A DNA stretch of 64,000 bases from a virus: the IMG/VR virus record IMGVR_UViG_3300034105_003151, positions 32,001 through 96,000 of that record, one strand, 5' to 3'. Positions 36,416 to 49,600 of the stretch are shown piece after piece. Every line of letters begins with the position of its first letter. Within the stretch, counting starts at the first letter, position 1. The position numbers and the translations under genes are program-made. Under the pieces are notes generated by a model that searched no databases, had not been told where the DNA came from, and saw nothing but the letters and a program-made list of their open reading frames with translations.

Positions 36416-39400
36416 TTAACACTCCGCAGCAATTAAATAATAATTTCCATCTTGATGATGACTTATACTACACCATTTACCACTACCAATATTGGCATAG
36501 TTATTGTACGCATACATATAAAATTGTTTACCTAACCAATTATCAGGAATATAACCGCTCGTATTACTATTAAAAAATCCAGTATTTGGTGGTAGTTTAA
36601 TCGCACAAGAATCTCCAAAAGAACAGTTATAATACATATTATCATATCTGCTTAGTGGTAATCTTTGATAAGTTCCTTTGTTCCATATTCCTGTTGTTTT
36701 ACACATTAATGCTGATGTATTATTTACAGATGAAACTACCCACTCATTTCTTATATAGGTAAACATACCCATTTGTCCTGGGATTAAACCAAATCCTAAT
36801 GGATTATTAAAAACACCAGAGATATATCCAGAATAAGCAGAATGACGATAGGGAATATCTCTACTATAACTATCAATTAATAAAACTATACCAGTTTTTG
36901 CTACTCTATATTGTGACCCATTTAAGAAAGGAGTTCTATTTTCTTGCATACTAATATCATATATCATACCAGATGTTGATATGTTATTTCTGCTAATGGG
37001 TTCATAATAGCCTAAACTCTCATCATAATAACAAAGTATTTTAGCACCACTAGGGGCACCATAAGATGCTGTACTGTCTTTAACAAAAACTAATCTTTTT
37101 TCTCCGCTAGGAAGAGGACTTCCGCTGTCAACAACATTTAAATAACCTCTAGCAGCAAAATTGGGTTTAAGATCATCTTCTAGTTTTACAGAAACAAATT
37201 TAGGTTGAGGCGATGACCACACTTTGCGTTCTTGGTTCCATCTTAAATCAACGGGGCCGGCAACCCATGTATCTGGTCTTAATCCCCAACCGCTAGCAAA
37301 TGTATTTTCTTTATAGGCGTCAGTCCATCCTGTGCCGGGAACCCATGTTTGATTTTTACCAAGAATAGTCCCACTAAAAGAAGGATTATAAGATCCAGTA
37401 CTATCTGTTTTAGACGCTATCTTCAATGGATTACCGCTGGCATCAATAGATTTAGGATCACCACTACTATTAGGCACAGGGAATCCTTCTATATCATATC
37501 CCCAGCCATTAATAACAAGTGGTCCCTTTAGTCCTAAAAATCTATAGTTCATTAGGTGAGATGATGGAGTTCTTCCATTTTCTAAATCAAACTGATAACT
37601 ATTCCAGTCTAAATTTGAAGAAGAAGCATTCTGATCCAAATACCCACTATCATCTAACGCTAAATTATCATTAAAAGATAATGATCCCTTCATAGGAACT
37701 AAACTACGACCTACAACATCTATTTGATGAGCATTATAGTCGCCACTTTGAGCGAATCTATTACGAAGCTCCCCCGTTGGCATGATAAAAGGATTTAAGT
37801 CTACATAACTAATTTGTTTACGTCTCATCTGTTCAATAAGACCCGACATTTTAGTTAAATCTCTAATAGTACCAGTATCTGCTTGACTAGATAATAAATA
37901 TACACTACTACTATTATACTTGTCTAATGAACCTGTAGAATTAATTATAGAAGAAGATGATTCACAACTATCACAATATTTTGATATTCCACTTTCTGTA
38001 TACGCCTTAGTACCGTTACATACTGGACAATATGCTGTGATATATTTTTTAAAAGCTGTGGTAGAACCATTAAGTGTTGGATAAAAAGATACTGGAGACA
38101 ATAATCCATCTAGACTCATAATAGCCTTAGATGCATACTGACTATCAAATTCTTGTGGTAATTCTCTAGCATCTTGCAGAGTAACAATAGAGTTTTGTTT
38201 TAGTGAATCTCTTGTCCATGAACCATATTTAAATCTGCCGGGCGACCCAGATGCTTTGGGACTGATATAAGGATAAGAATATCCTACCAAAATACCCATA
38301 GGAGAATATTCATTTAACTTTGATGTTTTATAATTAAAATTATTAACCGTTGGAGAGCTACTTAATGCCAGCATTTTTGCTGCTACATTTCTTACCTTTT
38401 GATTAATATCTCTATTTAATTTGATGGTTGTTCTAGCACTATTTTGTAGCTTATCAGCATTTTCTTTATTAAATAGTGAGAACTTACGAGTAAATGTTCT
38501 AAACGTATATGTTGTTGTTGGTCCCTGCTCACTAATCTGAACTTGAACATTGCTAATTGTAGGACCGTTAAATGTATCAGCCGCCGCTTTTAGTTCATCT
38601 CCCAGTTTTAACAGGGGGAGGCCATAGGTTACTAATTGACCTTCTTCAGTTGTAATATTGTAATTATTTTCAGAACCAACTAATTGCAGGGCTGCTTCGT
38701 CTAGTACTCTCATACCACCATAGTTCCAAGGAACAAGCCCCTCATTAACTTCTACTTTTGTTCCTCCAACTAGGTTTTCCAACCTTGTTACTGCATTATT
38801 AGAAAAGATAGTATTAGCGGCACGATCAGGAGTACTAACCCAGGGTCCATAAACAGAGTTATTGAATTGAATCGGAACTCCAACAAATGCTGGCATAGCC
38901 GCTTTAGGGGCGATACTAATATTGTTATATTGTTTATTTCCAAAGTCTTGAGCAAATGGCGAAGGAGTGCTATTGTTGTTAAACAAAGGAATAAGGGATA
39001 GTATTTTCTTTCCTACAGATGCTGAAACCCCTGTATATTTACTAGCGAGGAATTCTACCGCCGCAGTTGTCACATTTAATGCTTCTGGGTAAACAGGATT
39101 TAGATGAATACCTTCGCTTTTCACTATGACTTTTGCAGTTAGGGCTCCTCCGACATAGTAGGGCACAATATTCTTTTCTACTGTTGCTTTTGTATATAGT
39201 TTGTATCCCGGTATATTGTAAGTACCAAATGCATCAGGAACAGTAGAACCAACACCCACAACATACTGATTATTATCTGGAGTTATACTTAAAGAGGGTT
39301 CATAAAAACTACTTAATGCCGACGATCCGCCAGCAAAACTTAAACCAGCTTTTAGATAAGCATCGTGTTTCCAAAAATTAAACCACTCATTATAGTTTGA

Positions 39401-41935
39401 ATTTCCAGCAGCATTAGCCGTCCACCAATTTTTACCATATGCTTTTTGATAATTAAATTGGTAAGTATAGTTATATCCAATTATTGGCTCAATAGATCCA
39501 TTGTCTTGTGTTAAACTATCCATACTAGCACTACCAACATATAAATGATCGTCTATAATATTGCCCGGTTCTTCCCAGGCAAAATCTGTTGGCTCATAAG
39601 AATAGTATGTTTCTAATGTTCCATCTAATAAATATAATGGATCATTATTAGAGTCTACTCCAACTTGTATTTGAGGGCTAAACTCTCTAGCGTCTGTCCA
39701 ATAAGCTGGTGTTGGAACAGAAACCATAAACTGTTTACCATAATAAGTATTTCCAATATCTCCTAAGAAATTTTGCAGTTTTGTTAAAACGTCTAATACT
39801 ACAGGATTTGCATTATAGTTAGCTTCTCTTCCCATAGGAATAGAACCGTGACCATGTCTTGAATTATTATACTTGTTATAGTTTTCAGAAATACCATTAA
39901 CCATTAATTTGAATGCGCCATTACCCAAAATAGGATATATAATTTTATCCCATAAATCTAAGCACCCACTAGAACTTCCATTAATTTTAGTATAATCTTT
40001 TATTACAGCAGAAATGAATCCTGCAAAAGAGTCTGGCCCCTGCATTGCTGCTCTGATTTCTGTTTCACTAACATTAACAGTAGAGGGAGTTGCGAAAGAA
40101 TAACCTATACCCAGTCCTATTTCAGTATTTGTAAACTGTACTAAATAATCAGCATCAATTGGTTGACTACTAACAGGGTCCAACCCTTCTGCTCTACGAT
40201 AAACTTTTCTTACAGCGCCAGTAATATTATTGGTTCCAAAATATGGACATATAGCATCCGTATCAGATGCCGCATATAGTGCATTCAGTACTTGCCCAAT
40301 TGAACCAGCGACTTTTTGTGTAGCTGAAAAATTACCATAAATAGATGATCCCGTACCCTCCCAATCAGCATCGGAAGTATTAAAGTTTGTTGAATTTGGT
40401 AATTCTACTCGACCGTAATATGTTTTTCCACTATCGTAATTAGTATAATATGATGGGTTTCTCGTACTAGTAATATCTGGGTAGCGATAATAACTATATT
40501 TTGTTTGATGATCTATAGTAACAAATCCACCAGTGATAGAGTTATATCTTAAAGTAGATTGCTTAAGTGCATATTTTGTAAGTTTAACCTGATATAGTCT
40601 TTGTTGCTTCCCACCAATAATCATCGTTCTTACTGGATCAGAAGAATTATAGGATTTACCTTTAGAGTATTCTATAACACTGGTTCCTAGTGATGCAGCA
40701 TATGAGATGAAACTATCGACTGCTCCATCGTATGTTTGACTAAGTGTGGATACAGTATTGACTGTGATGACCGGGGCTATTAATCCAGAAGATATGGATA
40801 GTGATAAACCAATAAAGAATTGTCGGCCTGTACTTGAACAAACTGAACTAATAAAATCCTGTAGGGACATTGTACTTTGAGAAATTCTCATATAAGACAA
40901 TAGTGAAGATATTTCTATATCGCTTAATGCAGATAGATCGACTCTGTATCCTAGTCTGTATTGTCCATAACCATCTTGTTGTGGGTATATTAAACCCATA
41001 TCATAAGAACTAGTAATAACAGAACCATTACTCTTAAGAGTAGGCATTCGTCCTATTATTCTTGCAAAAGGTGAGAACTTATAAATATTATTGTTGGGTG
41101 AGGATGAACTTAATAAAGCGTCCACGGCTGTTATTACATTATTTGCTGGTATGCCTTCTGAATTTCTTCCAGAATATCCATACAAAACAGGAATAGCTTG
41201 AGATAATCCTAGTGCTTCTAAATAACCATAAACATTAATAACATTAGGAGTATTACCTTCTGCTATTAATCCTTGATAGCTTTCTCCAGCAGTATTTCTA
41301 GCATAGCCAGGAAAACCATAAGAATCTCTTGTTCCATTATTATAGATACGAAAAACTGTACCACTATAACTATCTAGAATTAAATTAGTTTGATTTAATA
41401 AGTGAGTGGGCGATTCTATAATAACAGTCCATATTTTAGTTCCTCCCGCACCTCCATTATTACTATAACTCTGCACTACTCCATTGAATTCAAAATTATC
41501 AAACTTAAAATATACAGCAGAACCCAGGATGTCTATATCATTTCCATAAAACCCTGGATCTGCACCATAGTGATATCTAGATATTAAAGAAGACCCGTAT
41601 GGTACATAGTAAACTTTGCCCGGTATGAGTGAGTTTCCATCAGAATCCTTTTGAAAACTATCTGCGGCCCTGCTTACTAAATAATCATTATTTGTACTGT
41701 TTGTAGCTGGTCTAGTTACTGGATTTCCTGCACCATCTGTAAAATAAGGATATTCACAAGAATCTTCTATTATTTCCACTGTTAATCTGCTGGATTCGCC
41801 CGTCCAAGCTAAAGACGAATTATAGCTTTTAACACTGCATCCTAAGAATAATGTTTGAGCATATTTACTTCCATTACATAATACATATGTTCTAGAAGAT
41901 CCACCATTTTGTCCATCTCTGATAATTGTTGTCAT
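36416..41935 (-). CDS. large tail-tip/baseplate hub protein
   Basis: 1839-aa beta-rich ORF two genes downstream of the tape measure gene. Confidence 0.65.
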   Translation of the reverse strand: MTTIIRDGQNGGSSRTYVLCNGSKYAQTLFLGCSVKSYNSSLAWTGESSRLTVEIIEDSCEYPYFTDGAGNPVTRPATNSTNNDYLVSRAADSFQKDSDGNSLIPGKVYYVPYGSSLISRYHYGADPGFYGNDIDILGSAVYFKFDNFEFNGVVQSYSNNGGAGGTKIWTVIIESPTHLLNQTNLILDSYSGTVFRIYNNGTRDSYGFPGYARNTAGESYQGLIAEGNTPNVINVYGYLEALGLSQAIPVLYGYSGRNSEGIPANNVITAVDALLSSSSPNNNIYKFSPFARIIGRMPTLKSNGSVITSSYDMGLIYPQQDGYGQYRLGYRVDLSALSDIEISSLLSYMRISQSTMSLQDFISSVCSSTGRQFFIGLSLSISSGLIAPVITVNTVSTLSQTYDGAVDSFISYAASLGTSVIEYSKGKSYNSSDPVRTMIIGGKQQRLYQVKLTKYALKQSTLRYNSITGGFVTIDHQTKYSYYRYPDITSTRNPSYYTNYDSGKTYYGRVELPNSTNFNTSDADWEGTGSSIYGNFSATQKVAGSIGQVLNALYAASDTDAICPYFGTNNITGAVRKVYRRAEGLDPVSSQPIDADYLVQFTNTEIGLGIGYSFATPSTVNVSETEIRAAMQGPDSFAGFISAVIKDYTKINGSSSGCLDLWDKIIYPILGNGAFKLMVNGISENYNKYNNSRHGHGSIPMGREANYNANPVVLDVLTKLQNFLGDIGNTYYGKQFMVSVPTPAYWTDAREFSPQIQVGVDSNNDPLYLLDGTLETYYSYEPTDFAWEEPGNIIDDHLYVGSASMDSLTQDNGSIEPIIGYNYTYQFNYQKAYGKNWWTANAAGNSNYNEWFNFWKHDAYLKAGLSFAGGSSALSSFYEPSLSITPDNNQYVVGVGSTVPDAFGTYNIPGYKLYTKATVEKNIVPYYVGGALTAKVIVKSEGIHLNPVYPEALNVTTAAVEFLASKYTGVSASVGKKILSLIPLFNNNSTPSPFAQDFGNKQYNNISIAPKAAMPAFVGVPIQFNNSVYGPWVSTPDRAANTIFSNNAVTRLENLVGGTKVEVNEGLVPWNYGGMRVLDEAALQLVGSENNYNITTEEGQLVTYGLPLLKLGDELKAAADTFNGPTISNVQVQISEQGPTTTYTFRTFTRKFSLFNKENADKLQNSARTTIKLNRDINQKVRNVAAKMLALSSSPTVNNFNYKTSKLNEYSPMGILVGYSYPYISPKASGSPGRFKYGSWTRDSLKQNSIVTLQDARELPQEFDSQYASKAIMSLDGLLSPVSFYPTLNGSTTAFKKYITAYCPVCNGTKAYTESGISKYCDSCESSSSIINSTGSLDKYNSSSVYLLSSQADTGTIRDLTKMSGLIEQMRRKQISYVDLNPFIMPTGELRNRFAQSGDYNAHQIDVVGRSLVPMKGSLSFNDNLALDDSGYLDQNASSSNLDWNSYQFDLENGRTPSSHLMNYRFLGLKGPLVINGWGYDIEGFPVPNSSGDPKSIDASGNPLKIASKTDSTGSYNPSFSGTILGKNQTWVPGTGWTDAYKENTFASGWGLRPDTWVAGPVDLRWNQERKVWSSPQPKFVSVKLEDDLKPNFAARGYLNVVDSGSPLPSGEKRLVFVKDSTASYGAPSGAKILCYYDESLGYYEPISRNNISTSGMIYDISMQENRTPFLNGSQYRVAKTGIVLLIDSYSRDIPYRHSAYSGYISGVFNNPLGFGLIPGQMGMFTYIRNEWVVSSVNNTSALMCKTTGIWNKGTYQRLPLSRYDNMYYNCSFGDSCAIKLPPNTGFFNSNTSGYIPDNWLGKQFYMYAYNNYANIGSGKWCSISHHQDGNYYLIAAEC

Positions 41936-41938
41936 ATA

Positions 41939-43660
41939 TTATGCACATCCTGTCGAGTATACCCAAGATATATCCCAGCTAAATCTTCCTTCCATCGGAT
42001 TCCATACTTGATTATTTGAAGTTATAAATACTATTCCTGTATTAGATATACCATAACTACTTGTTGGTGCCAATGTAGCAAACGCAACAGGAGCTATTGG
42101 TTTAAAAGATTCGATCAACTGTGTCAATTGTCTAAATTCTGCCCTGTTCTTGTTTATTACGCAGTCTGGTGACTGTGGATGAGCTTGGTTGTATCCGGTT
42201 GGTGCTGGATAAACGATCTCAACATTCACCCTTCTTTCGCTCTTTGAGTTTCCTACCTTTTCCAATTTTGGTCCTAGTGGGCGACCCAATATAAATGCTT
42301 CTGCTATTTGATCACTAGCAATATTGTCCGTTACTGTTACCACACTAGATAATACCCCGGAAAGCCACGCACCGGGCTTATTATTGTAAGACACATTATA
42401 AGAAATTGTTCCGGCAATAGGATTCAATGTTTCTGAATAACTTACCGGAGTTATATTTAATGGATTAGGAGTTGTTCCAATCCACTGTACAGGCAAACTT
42501 CTGCCCGCTGGAGCAGAGGGATTTGGTACAGAGGATAGGGCTTGACTAGCTCTCTGATATAAGAACGGTTTAACGCCAGAAACATAAGAACCTAGGGCAT
42601 TAAAATACTTATTATTTGAAGATGTTTGATTACTAAAGTTTTTCTTAAACAAGCCTGATATATTTCCTGTCATAGCAACATCGGGAAAAACACTAAAACC
42701 GGCACTAGCTTCTTCTAATCCTCTGATTGTGCCCTGTACTGTTACTGTTTTGATAGTTTTATCGTCTGTACTAATTTCCCAGGTAAAATCTTCAGTATAT
42801 TTGACTCCTGTACCCAAAGCTAACCAAGTATCACTTAGACTATATGTTCCAGCACTAATTGTAGAATCTATAGTTCTCATATGATTATAGAGTCTTAATC
42901 CTTCTGATGTTGCTGCATTATAAATACCTATTCCAGAAGGAGAAGAAGATGATGTATAGACACTATTTGCCTTGTTTAAGACCCATTTTGCCGCTTGTGC
43001 ATATGCTTGTGATCTTGATGATCCTGTATCTAGTGTATGTCCAACGGCACTAATCTTATGACTAATTCTGTATTGCAGGAAATTGGTGATGTTATATCCT
43101 GTTGACAAGATATTCATCTGAGTTAATGAAGGAGGTTGGGCTGTTGATACGCTACTATTATTGAATTCGTATATTCTAGAATTAGTAGTGCTATTATAAT
43201 AAGCAACTTCATCTAAAGGTTCTACTGTCCATGATTCGTCAAATGATTCGATGAGTCCATTACTAACATCTTTTGAATATATGCTTTCTAAAGATAGATT
43301 ATAGGGGATTGTAGTTACCCAATTATTATTACTTTTTTCTGCATTGGCACTACTGAAATATGTACCGCTAAATTCTAATATCAAAGCTGAATCACAATAT
43401 ACTTGAAAAGATTTTCCTTGTTTATTATTATCGCTGAAGAAATCAATAATTCCACTATAAGATTTTAAACATCCACTAGTATTATTGCCAAAAATTAAAC
43501 CATCTAAACTAATAGTACTTTTGTAAGATAAGATATTGCCATCAAAATCCTTTGTAGGATTTGTACTAATAGTCATAAGAGGAGTAGGAGTAGCATTAAG
43601 CACAGAATCTGTGATAACATTAAAAGTTGATCCACCATAATTATATGTGATATTAGCCAT
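41939..43660 (-). CDS. distal tail/hub-like protein
   Basis: 573-aa beta-rich ORF directly after the tape measure gene. Confidence 0.55.
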   Translation of the reverse strand: MANITYNYGGSTFNVITDSVLNATPTPLMTISTNPTKDFDGNILSYKSTISLDGLIFGNNTSGCLKSYSGIIDFFSDNNKQGKSFQVYCDSALILEFSGTYFSSANAEKSNNNWVTTIPYNLSLESIYSKDVSNGLIESFDESWTVEPLDEVAYYNSTTNSRIYEFNNSSVSTAQPPSLTQMNILSTGYNITNFLQYRISHKISAVGHTLDTGSSRSQAYAQAAKWVLNKANSVYTSSSSPSGIGIYNAATSEGLRLYNHMRTIDSTISAGTYSLSDTWLALGTGVKYTEDFTWEISTDDKTIKTVTVQGTIRGLEEASAGFSVFPDVAMTGNISGLFKKNFSNQTSSNNKYFNALGSYVSGVKPFLYQRASQALSSVPNPSAPAGRSLPVQWIGTTPNPLNITPVSYSETLNPIAGTISYNVSYNNKPGAWLSGVLSSVVTVTDNIASDQIAEAFILGRPLGPKLEKVGNSKSERRVNVEIVYPAPTGYNQAHPQSPDCVINKNRAEFRQLTQLIESFKPIAPVAFATLAPTSSYGISNTGIVFITSNNQVWNPMEGRFSWDISWVYSTGCA

Positions 43661-43662
43661 CT

Positions 43663-46600
43663 TTAACTTCCTTCGTTTTGTCTATTTTTACGCATGAACG
43701 ATTCTTCAATCGATTTCTTAACTAATTCCCCTAGTGGTCCTGCTAGAACATTTTGTAATATTGCGGCCCCATTAATAATCACATTAACATCGTGTTTTCC
43801 TTCTACCCCAACACTAGAAGGCAATACTTCCTTCATCTGCTGTACAAAATTATTTAGGGTCGTCGCTAATCCGTCCATAGACTGAGATCCAGCTACTGGT
43901 CCTACTGATCCTCCGTTCTGTCTATATATTACCCCGCCATTAGAATATCCTCTGTTGATATTTTCTAATAGGCCGATATTTTTTTGTGTTGACTTTCTAT
44001 TAACAACATACTCACCCTTACTTAACATTGCTGGAACAGTGTCTGTTCCTCTAGGAATCATACCACCAGTACTCCATCCTTCTATTCTTTTAGCGCCCGT
44101 TCTCATAGTATAATTAGCATTTTTCATTGCTGTTATTCTATTATTATACGCCTCTCCTCTTTGCGTTCTTTGGTTCTTAAACTGATTAGCCCTATCATCT
44201 CTCATCTGCTGTAATTCTTTCATTCTTCTTTGACCTATGCTAAACATACTAACACTATCCCCGTTCATGTTTCTGATATAGGCTTCTTGCATAATGTTAT
44301 AGCCCATTCTAGCAAAATCCAAACTTGACATTTCGTGGATATTTTTATTTCCAAAGAAAGTATTTTGAAGCTGCTGATTACCAGCCACATCTGTTTTAAC
44401 ACCACCTCCAAAGGGCATTCCTCCATTATTTAGATATGATGTCGCCCCTGATCTACCTCTAATATCTATACCAGAACCCCCGTTTGTACTGCCTTTACCT
44501 ACTTCAAACTTTCCAATACGAGGAATCGATCCTCCACCGGCTCTATTGATAGACTTTAATAATGGTAGATGTTTTGATGTCGATTTAGCGTTAACAACAA
44601 ACTCTCCTGGCGTAAGCATCGCAGGAACAGTATCTGTACCCTTGGGTTGGAAATTAATTAATTGTCCTTTTGAAGCATATACCATTCCACCATCAACTTT
44701 ATTGATTGGTTTTTTGTTTTTACTATTATGTTTAGCTTCCATGCCAGCTATATCAATATCTCTTGCTTCTCTTTCTGTTTGTTCCCAGGAGTATTCTTCA
44801 TGGTCATCACGATCTAAATCACCAGCTAATTGATTTCTTTTTACCCAATAGTAAAATAGTCTAACAAGACTTGTCTTTGTTTCGCCACTCTTCCACTGTC
44901 CCATTTTTGCAGTAGTTGTCTTGCTATATAATTCGGGATATTTCTCTTCATATCCGCTACCATAGTTTATATCAGGAAACTCGCCTGTTATTTTTTTCTT
45001 AGGAAAAAATAATTCTTTTGGGACATCGTTAATATGTGCAAATCCATAATCTGTTAGCGCTTGTTTTAAAGATTCTGGAGCAAATTTATTCCATTTATAT
45101 GTACCAGATTTAGTTTTTTCTCCTAAATTATTATATCTTTGAGCAGTAATTGTTTCGGCGTTCCAGTCTACTGCATCTATGCTAGCAAACATACCTCCTC
45201 TTTCTTCTGCTGTTCCGTATCTTTTACCTGTATTTCCTCTTGATTGAAAAAATCTAGGATTAGTTTCTCTACGACCACCAGCAGCATTGGTTTCCACCAT
45301 ATCAAAAGAACCTCCTTGTCCCATAAATTCTCCACCATTTTTTAACATGGAGTCTCTCTTTGAGGTATCTTTATCATCCATTAAGTTTGTAACACCAGTA
45401 GATCTTTTTCCTATATCTCTGGAGTTTTGTAAAGTATAAGCGCTTAATGCTTTACTTTGTTCTACAGCCAATGCTCTTGATTCATAAGAAAGTTTTTTCC
45501 AATTAACTTTAACTATTTGATTATTATCTGCTCGTCTTAAAGCTACCCAAGATAAACTATGATCAACGGGTTCTTCAAGACTAGCCATAACACTAAATTT
45601 TCCAGACTTATCAGTAAATTTTGCTGGTTTTGGTCTACTAATTCTCTCGTCTGATCCTGCAAATCCTCCATCTTTTAAGTAATTTACATCTCCACCTTTA
45701 CTACGATTAATACTGTGTAACAATCCCATATTTTTAGATGCAGATTTAGAATTAACAACAAATTCACCAGGGGTCAACATTGCTGGCACGGTATCTGTGC
45801 CTTTGGGCTTGAAATTAATTAATTTACCTCCTGATGCATATACAACTCCTCCGTTGTTAAATGGTGCTGCTTGAGCGCCACGCATTGCTGCTTGTCTATC
45901 TTCTTCTGCTTGTCTTTTTTGATCTTTAGATTCTATTTCTATACCAAGATTTTCAGAATTAGGCGATTGTGTTCTATTTTGTAAATCCTTTTTTTGCCGA
46001 GCCGCTTCTGCTTCTCTGCGTCCTTGATCAACAATTCCAGCGGCCCATCCCGGCCCAAATTGACCATTAACTGGTTGTACTTGATTTGGTACTTGAGTTT
46101 TTTCTAATCCTCTTTCTGTTGCGGCTCTTGCTAGACTTTCGTTTAGTGATGCCGTAGCGGCATTGATACCAGTAATTAGTTCATTAGCTGTATTTTCCAA
46201 TAGTCTCTTTGACTCATCATCAAGTTTAGCTGCTTCTGTTACCGCCTGTTGTTGCATTGCTCTTAATATTTCGGCTTCTGCTCTTAGGGCTTTAAGTACA
46301 GGATCTCTATCTGCTCTTTGATCTGGAGTTTCTCTTAATTGAGCAATTATATTTTTGAGTATAGGATTATTATTTGTTCCTTGGGCTTTAGCCATAGATT
46401 CAAGCATATTAGCTTTCATATTATCTATGTCTGGCCCACTAACTCCCGCTACCTTAACTAATTCATCAAACATTTGCAATGCGTTTTTATTTTCATTAGC
46501 ATACGCTTGTTGAGCTTCCATAACGGCTTCTTGTACGCTCTTACCATCATTAAGCGCTTGAAAATATGCCTGTTGTGCATCGCTAGATTGTTGTATATTG

Positions 46601-49600
46601 CTTACATTTCCTCTGATGGCATTATTCATAACAACAAAACTACGATTCATATCCATTAATTCTTTAGGAGTACTAGTAACCATTTTTTCTGCTAGTCCTT
46701 GACCAGCAGCTTTGGTAGCTTCTAAAAGTCCTACTCTTTTTTGCATTTCGTTAAATATATCACTGATACTAGCTTCTAAAGTTTGTGGAAGCTTTAAAAG
46801 TTCTTCTTTAGTTCTAGCAATAGCAGTATTAAAGGCTTGAACGTTTTGTGTTAATCTACCGGCCATAGCAAAATTATTATTGTTTAAAGCATTAGTAGCC
46901 TGATTAGCAGCATTGTCTCTTTGGTTCTGCATATCTTTTATTTTTGCAGATAGATTTTGTGGCGTTGCCTGGGCTCCTCCTAGCATAGAGTTACGAGACA
47001 CAGATGCCATACGAGCATTGATTTTTTCTCTATAGTCTACCCTGGACCCCAATGCTTCTTTTTGAGAAAGCCTACTACTAGCTTGCATAGACAATAGATC
47101 ATTTTCTCTATCGAATTTTTTGTATTCAATTTCTACTATACTAGCTGTTATCTTTGATAATGCCGCAAAATTATCAGATACAAGCTTAAGACTTTCTTGC
47201 ATTGCTTTGGAGGCTTTATCGGATACTCCTTTTAATGGGCCTGTTATTTTTTCTAAAACAGCATTCCAATCAACGGCTTGTCCATTTTTTGCTGCTTCGT
47301 CTATAGCTCCACTTATTGAATTATTTAGCGTATCTATTAATCCTCTAGATATATTACCTTCTCCAAAATTAGCAACAATATTAGCCTCTAATGTTCTTCT
47401 GATACTATCACCAATATCTGGATTAGCTTTTCCTTGTTTTTCAGCATTTTTAATAGTTGTAGATGTTAATGAATCTAGAGAATCTCCAAAATTAACTAAT
47501 CTTTCAGCAACTGGACCCATATCTCCTAACAGTTTAGAACCAGACGATACGGCTTTGGCACGATCTTCTTTAGAGTATGCAGATGGATTTTTAAGTATAT
47601 CAATATTTTGCTCTGCTGCTGATGCTCTAACTGTTGTTTTACCCGAAATAATCTCTTCGGCTTTATTAGAAATATTAGCTAAATCAAAAGAAGACTTATT
47701 TAAAGACTGAGAAACTACATCAAATGATGTTTCTATGCTAAGTATAGATTTCTTTAAAAGAATTGCTGCTTGTCTGGCTTCTTCTGCCGCCTTTGCTGTT
47801 TTAATAGTTGCGTCTTCGGCAGCAAAAAGATTAGCTGCTTCTGATGCTAAAAATTCTTGTCTCTTTTTTTCAAATGCGGCCTGGGCTTCATCGGCACCCT
47901 TATCATTTCCTGCATATCTTAAGTTTTCAATATATGAATCCTGAGCAGCTACCATTTGGATGTATTCTTTGCTTGATCTAGCAACTAGCATATTTAGCTG
48001 TTTAAATTCTTCTGGGTCCATAGATGTTGCTAATTCAGCAAAAGTTTTATTAGTGGCCTTCATATCGGCAACTATAATATTTTTAGTTTCTTGTAGAGGC
48101 TTACTGAACTGAGAAGAATACTCTTGAGCAAAACTACTAATATTTTTTTGTATATCAGCTTGAGATCCACTAGTATCAAATTTTTTAGGAGCAACCGTCA
48201 ATGCGAGTCCAGCTACAACATCTCGTTGCATCATGGCATTTTGTCTATTTTCTTCTGTTCTATCAGTAACATAAGCAGCGGTATTTTTAGTTAGTCTTTC
48301 TCCTTGCATTTCTAAATCTTTTTTATTTGCCTCTAATTTAAAAGCTTTGGCAGCTTTTTCTGCTTCATAAAATCCCATCGTTAGTCCTATTAATGCTCCA
48401 GCAGTACCTCCAATAGCTGTTCCTAATGGACCAAACATAGAACCAACAGCAGCGCCTGTAGATCCATAATTAAGAGCATTCGTACCCATATGATTTACTT
48501 GTCTACCAGCGTCTGTAGATTCTCCACCCAAAGCAGAAGAAACACTACTAATAGCCGCTCCTCCTCCCATCATAAGGCCAAGACTAGCTAGTGGGTTTGT
48601 TGGTCCTTTGGGTAATTTCTTAGCTATTCCTGTCATTCCTAATTGGGCGAATAGTCCTCTTAATCCTGTAGTTGCTGGCCCCATACCCTTAAAAGATGTT
48701 GCTGTGTTATTTGCTGCTTGTCCAACATTTTGTAATGCCTGTGCTGTTTTTTGAGCCTGTGCAGAAATACCACTTGTTATCCAAGGATTAATATTTTGAG
48801 GAGAAGCCATTTGCCCGGTTCCTCCTGTCCACGGATTTCCTCCTTGGGCAAATTTTTGTACTCCTCCTCCTTTATTGAATCCCTGAACTTTATCAGCATG
48901 ATTCATTTTATGAAGAGAAGATAGTCCTATGCGACTAGCAGCTTTTTTATTTATAACAAATTCGCCAGGAGTTAGTAGCGCAGGAACGGTATCTTGTGGA
49001 GAACCACCCTTGGCAAATTTTTGAATAGGACCACCAAAATTTCTTGATTGAATAATTCCTTGCTGTCTTAAAGATTGGAATGCTTGTAAATCCTTTTTTT
49101 GCGTACTACTCAATATTTCATTATTTTGAGACTTATCAAATATACTCCAAAGATAATCTTTTCTCTTAGGGCTAATCTTTGTTTCTTCTCCACCTCTTTG
49201 TCTATTTTTTACTATTCCTAATTCATTATTAATCTGTCTCTGAGCTTTGGCTTGTAATGATCCATCTCCTGTAAACTGCGCACCGTCAAAAGAAGCTTTT
49301 GCATCTACCCACTTTTTTGGTAAATTACTATAATTATCTTTTAATTGTGATGGTAATCCATCTGGAAAATCAAAAGGTCTTTGAGCTTCTGTTTGTCCAA
49401 AAGGACCAGCCTTCATTGTTCTTAGAACGTCTTCAAATAGGTTTCCTCTGGTTCCTTCATTAATACCACTTAAGAAAGAATCTTGATCTTTTTTATTGAT
49501 TTTAGTTGCTGGAACACCTAAATCTTTAGATAATAAACGAGTAGCATAATTGACCCCTCTAATAACACCCTCATTTATAGCAGCCATAAAAGATTGGTTG

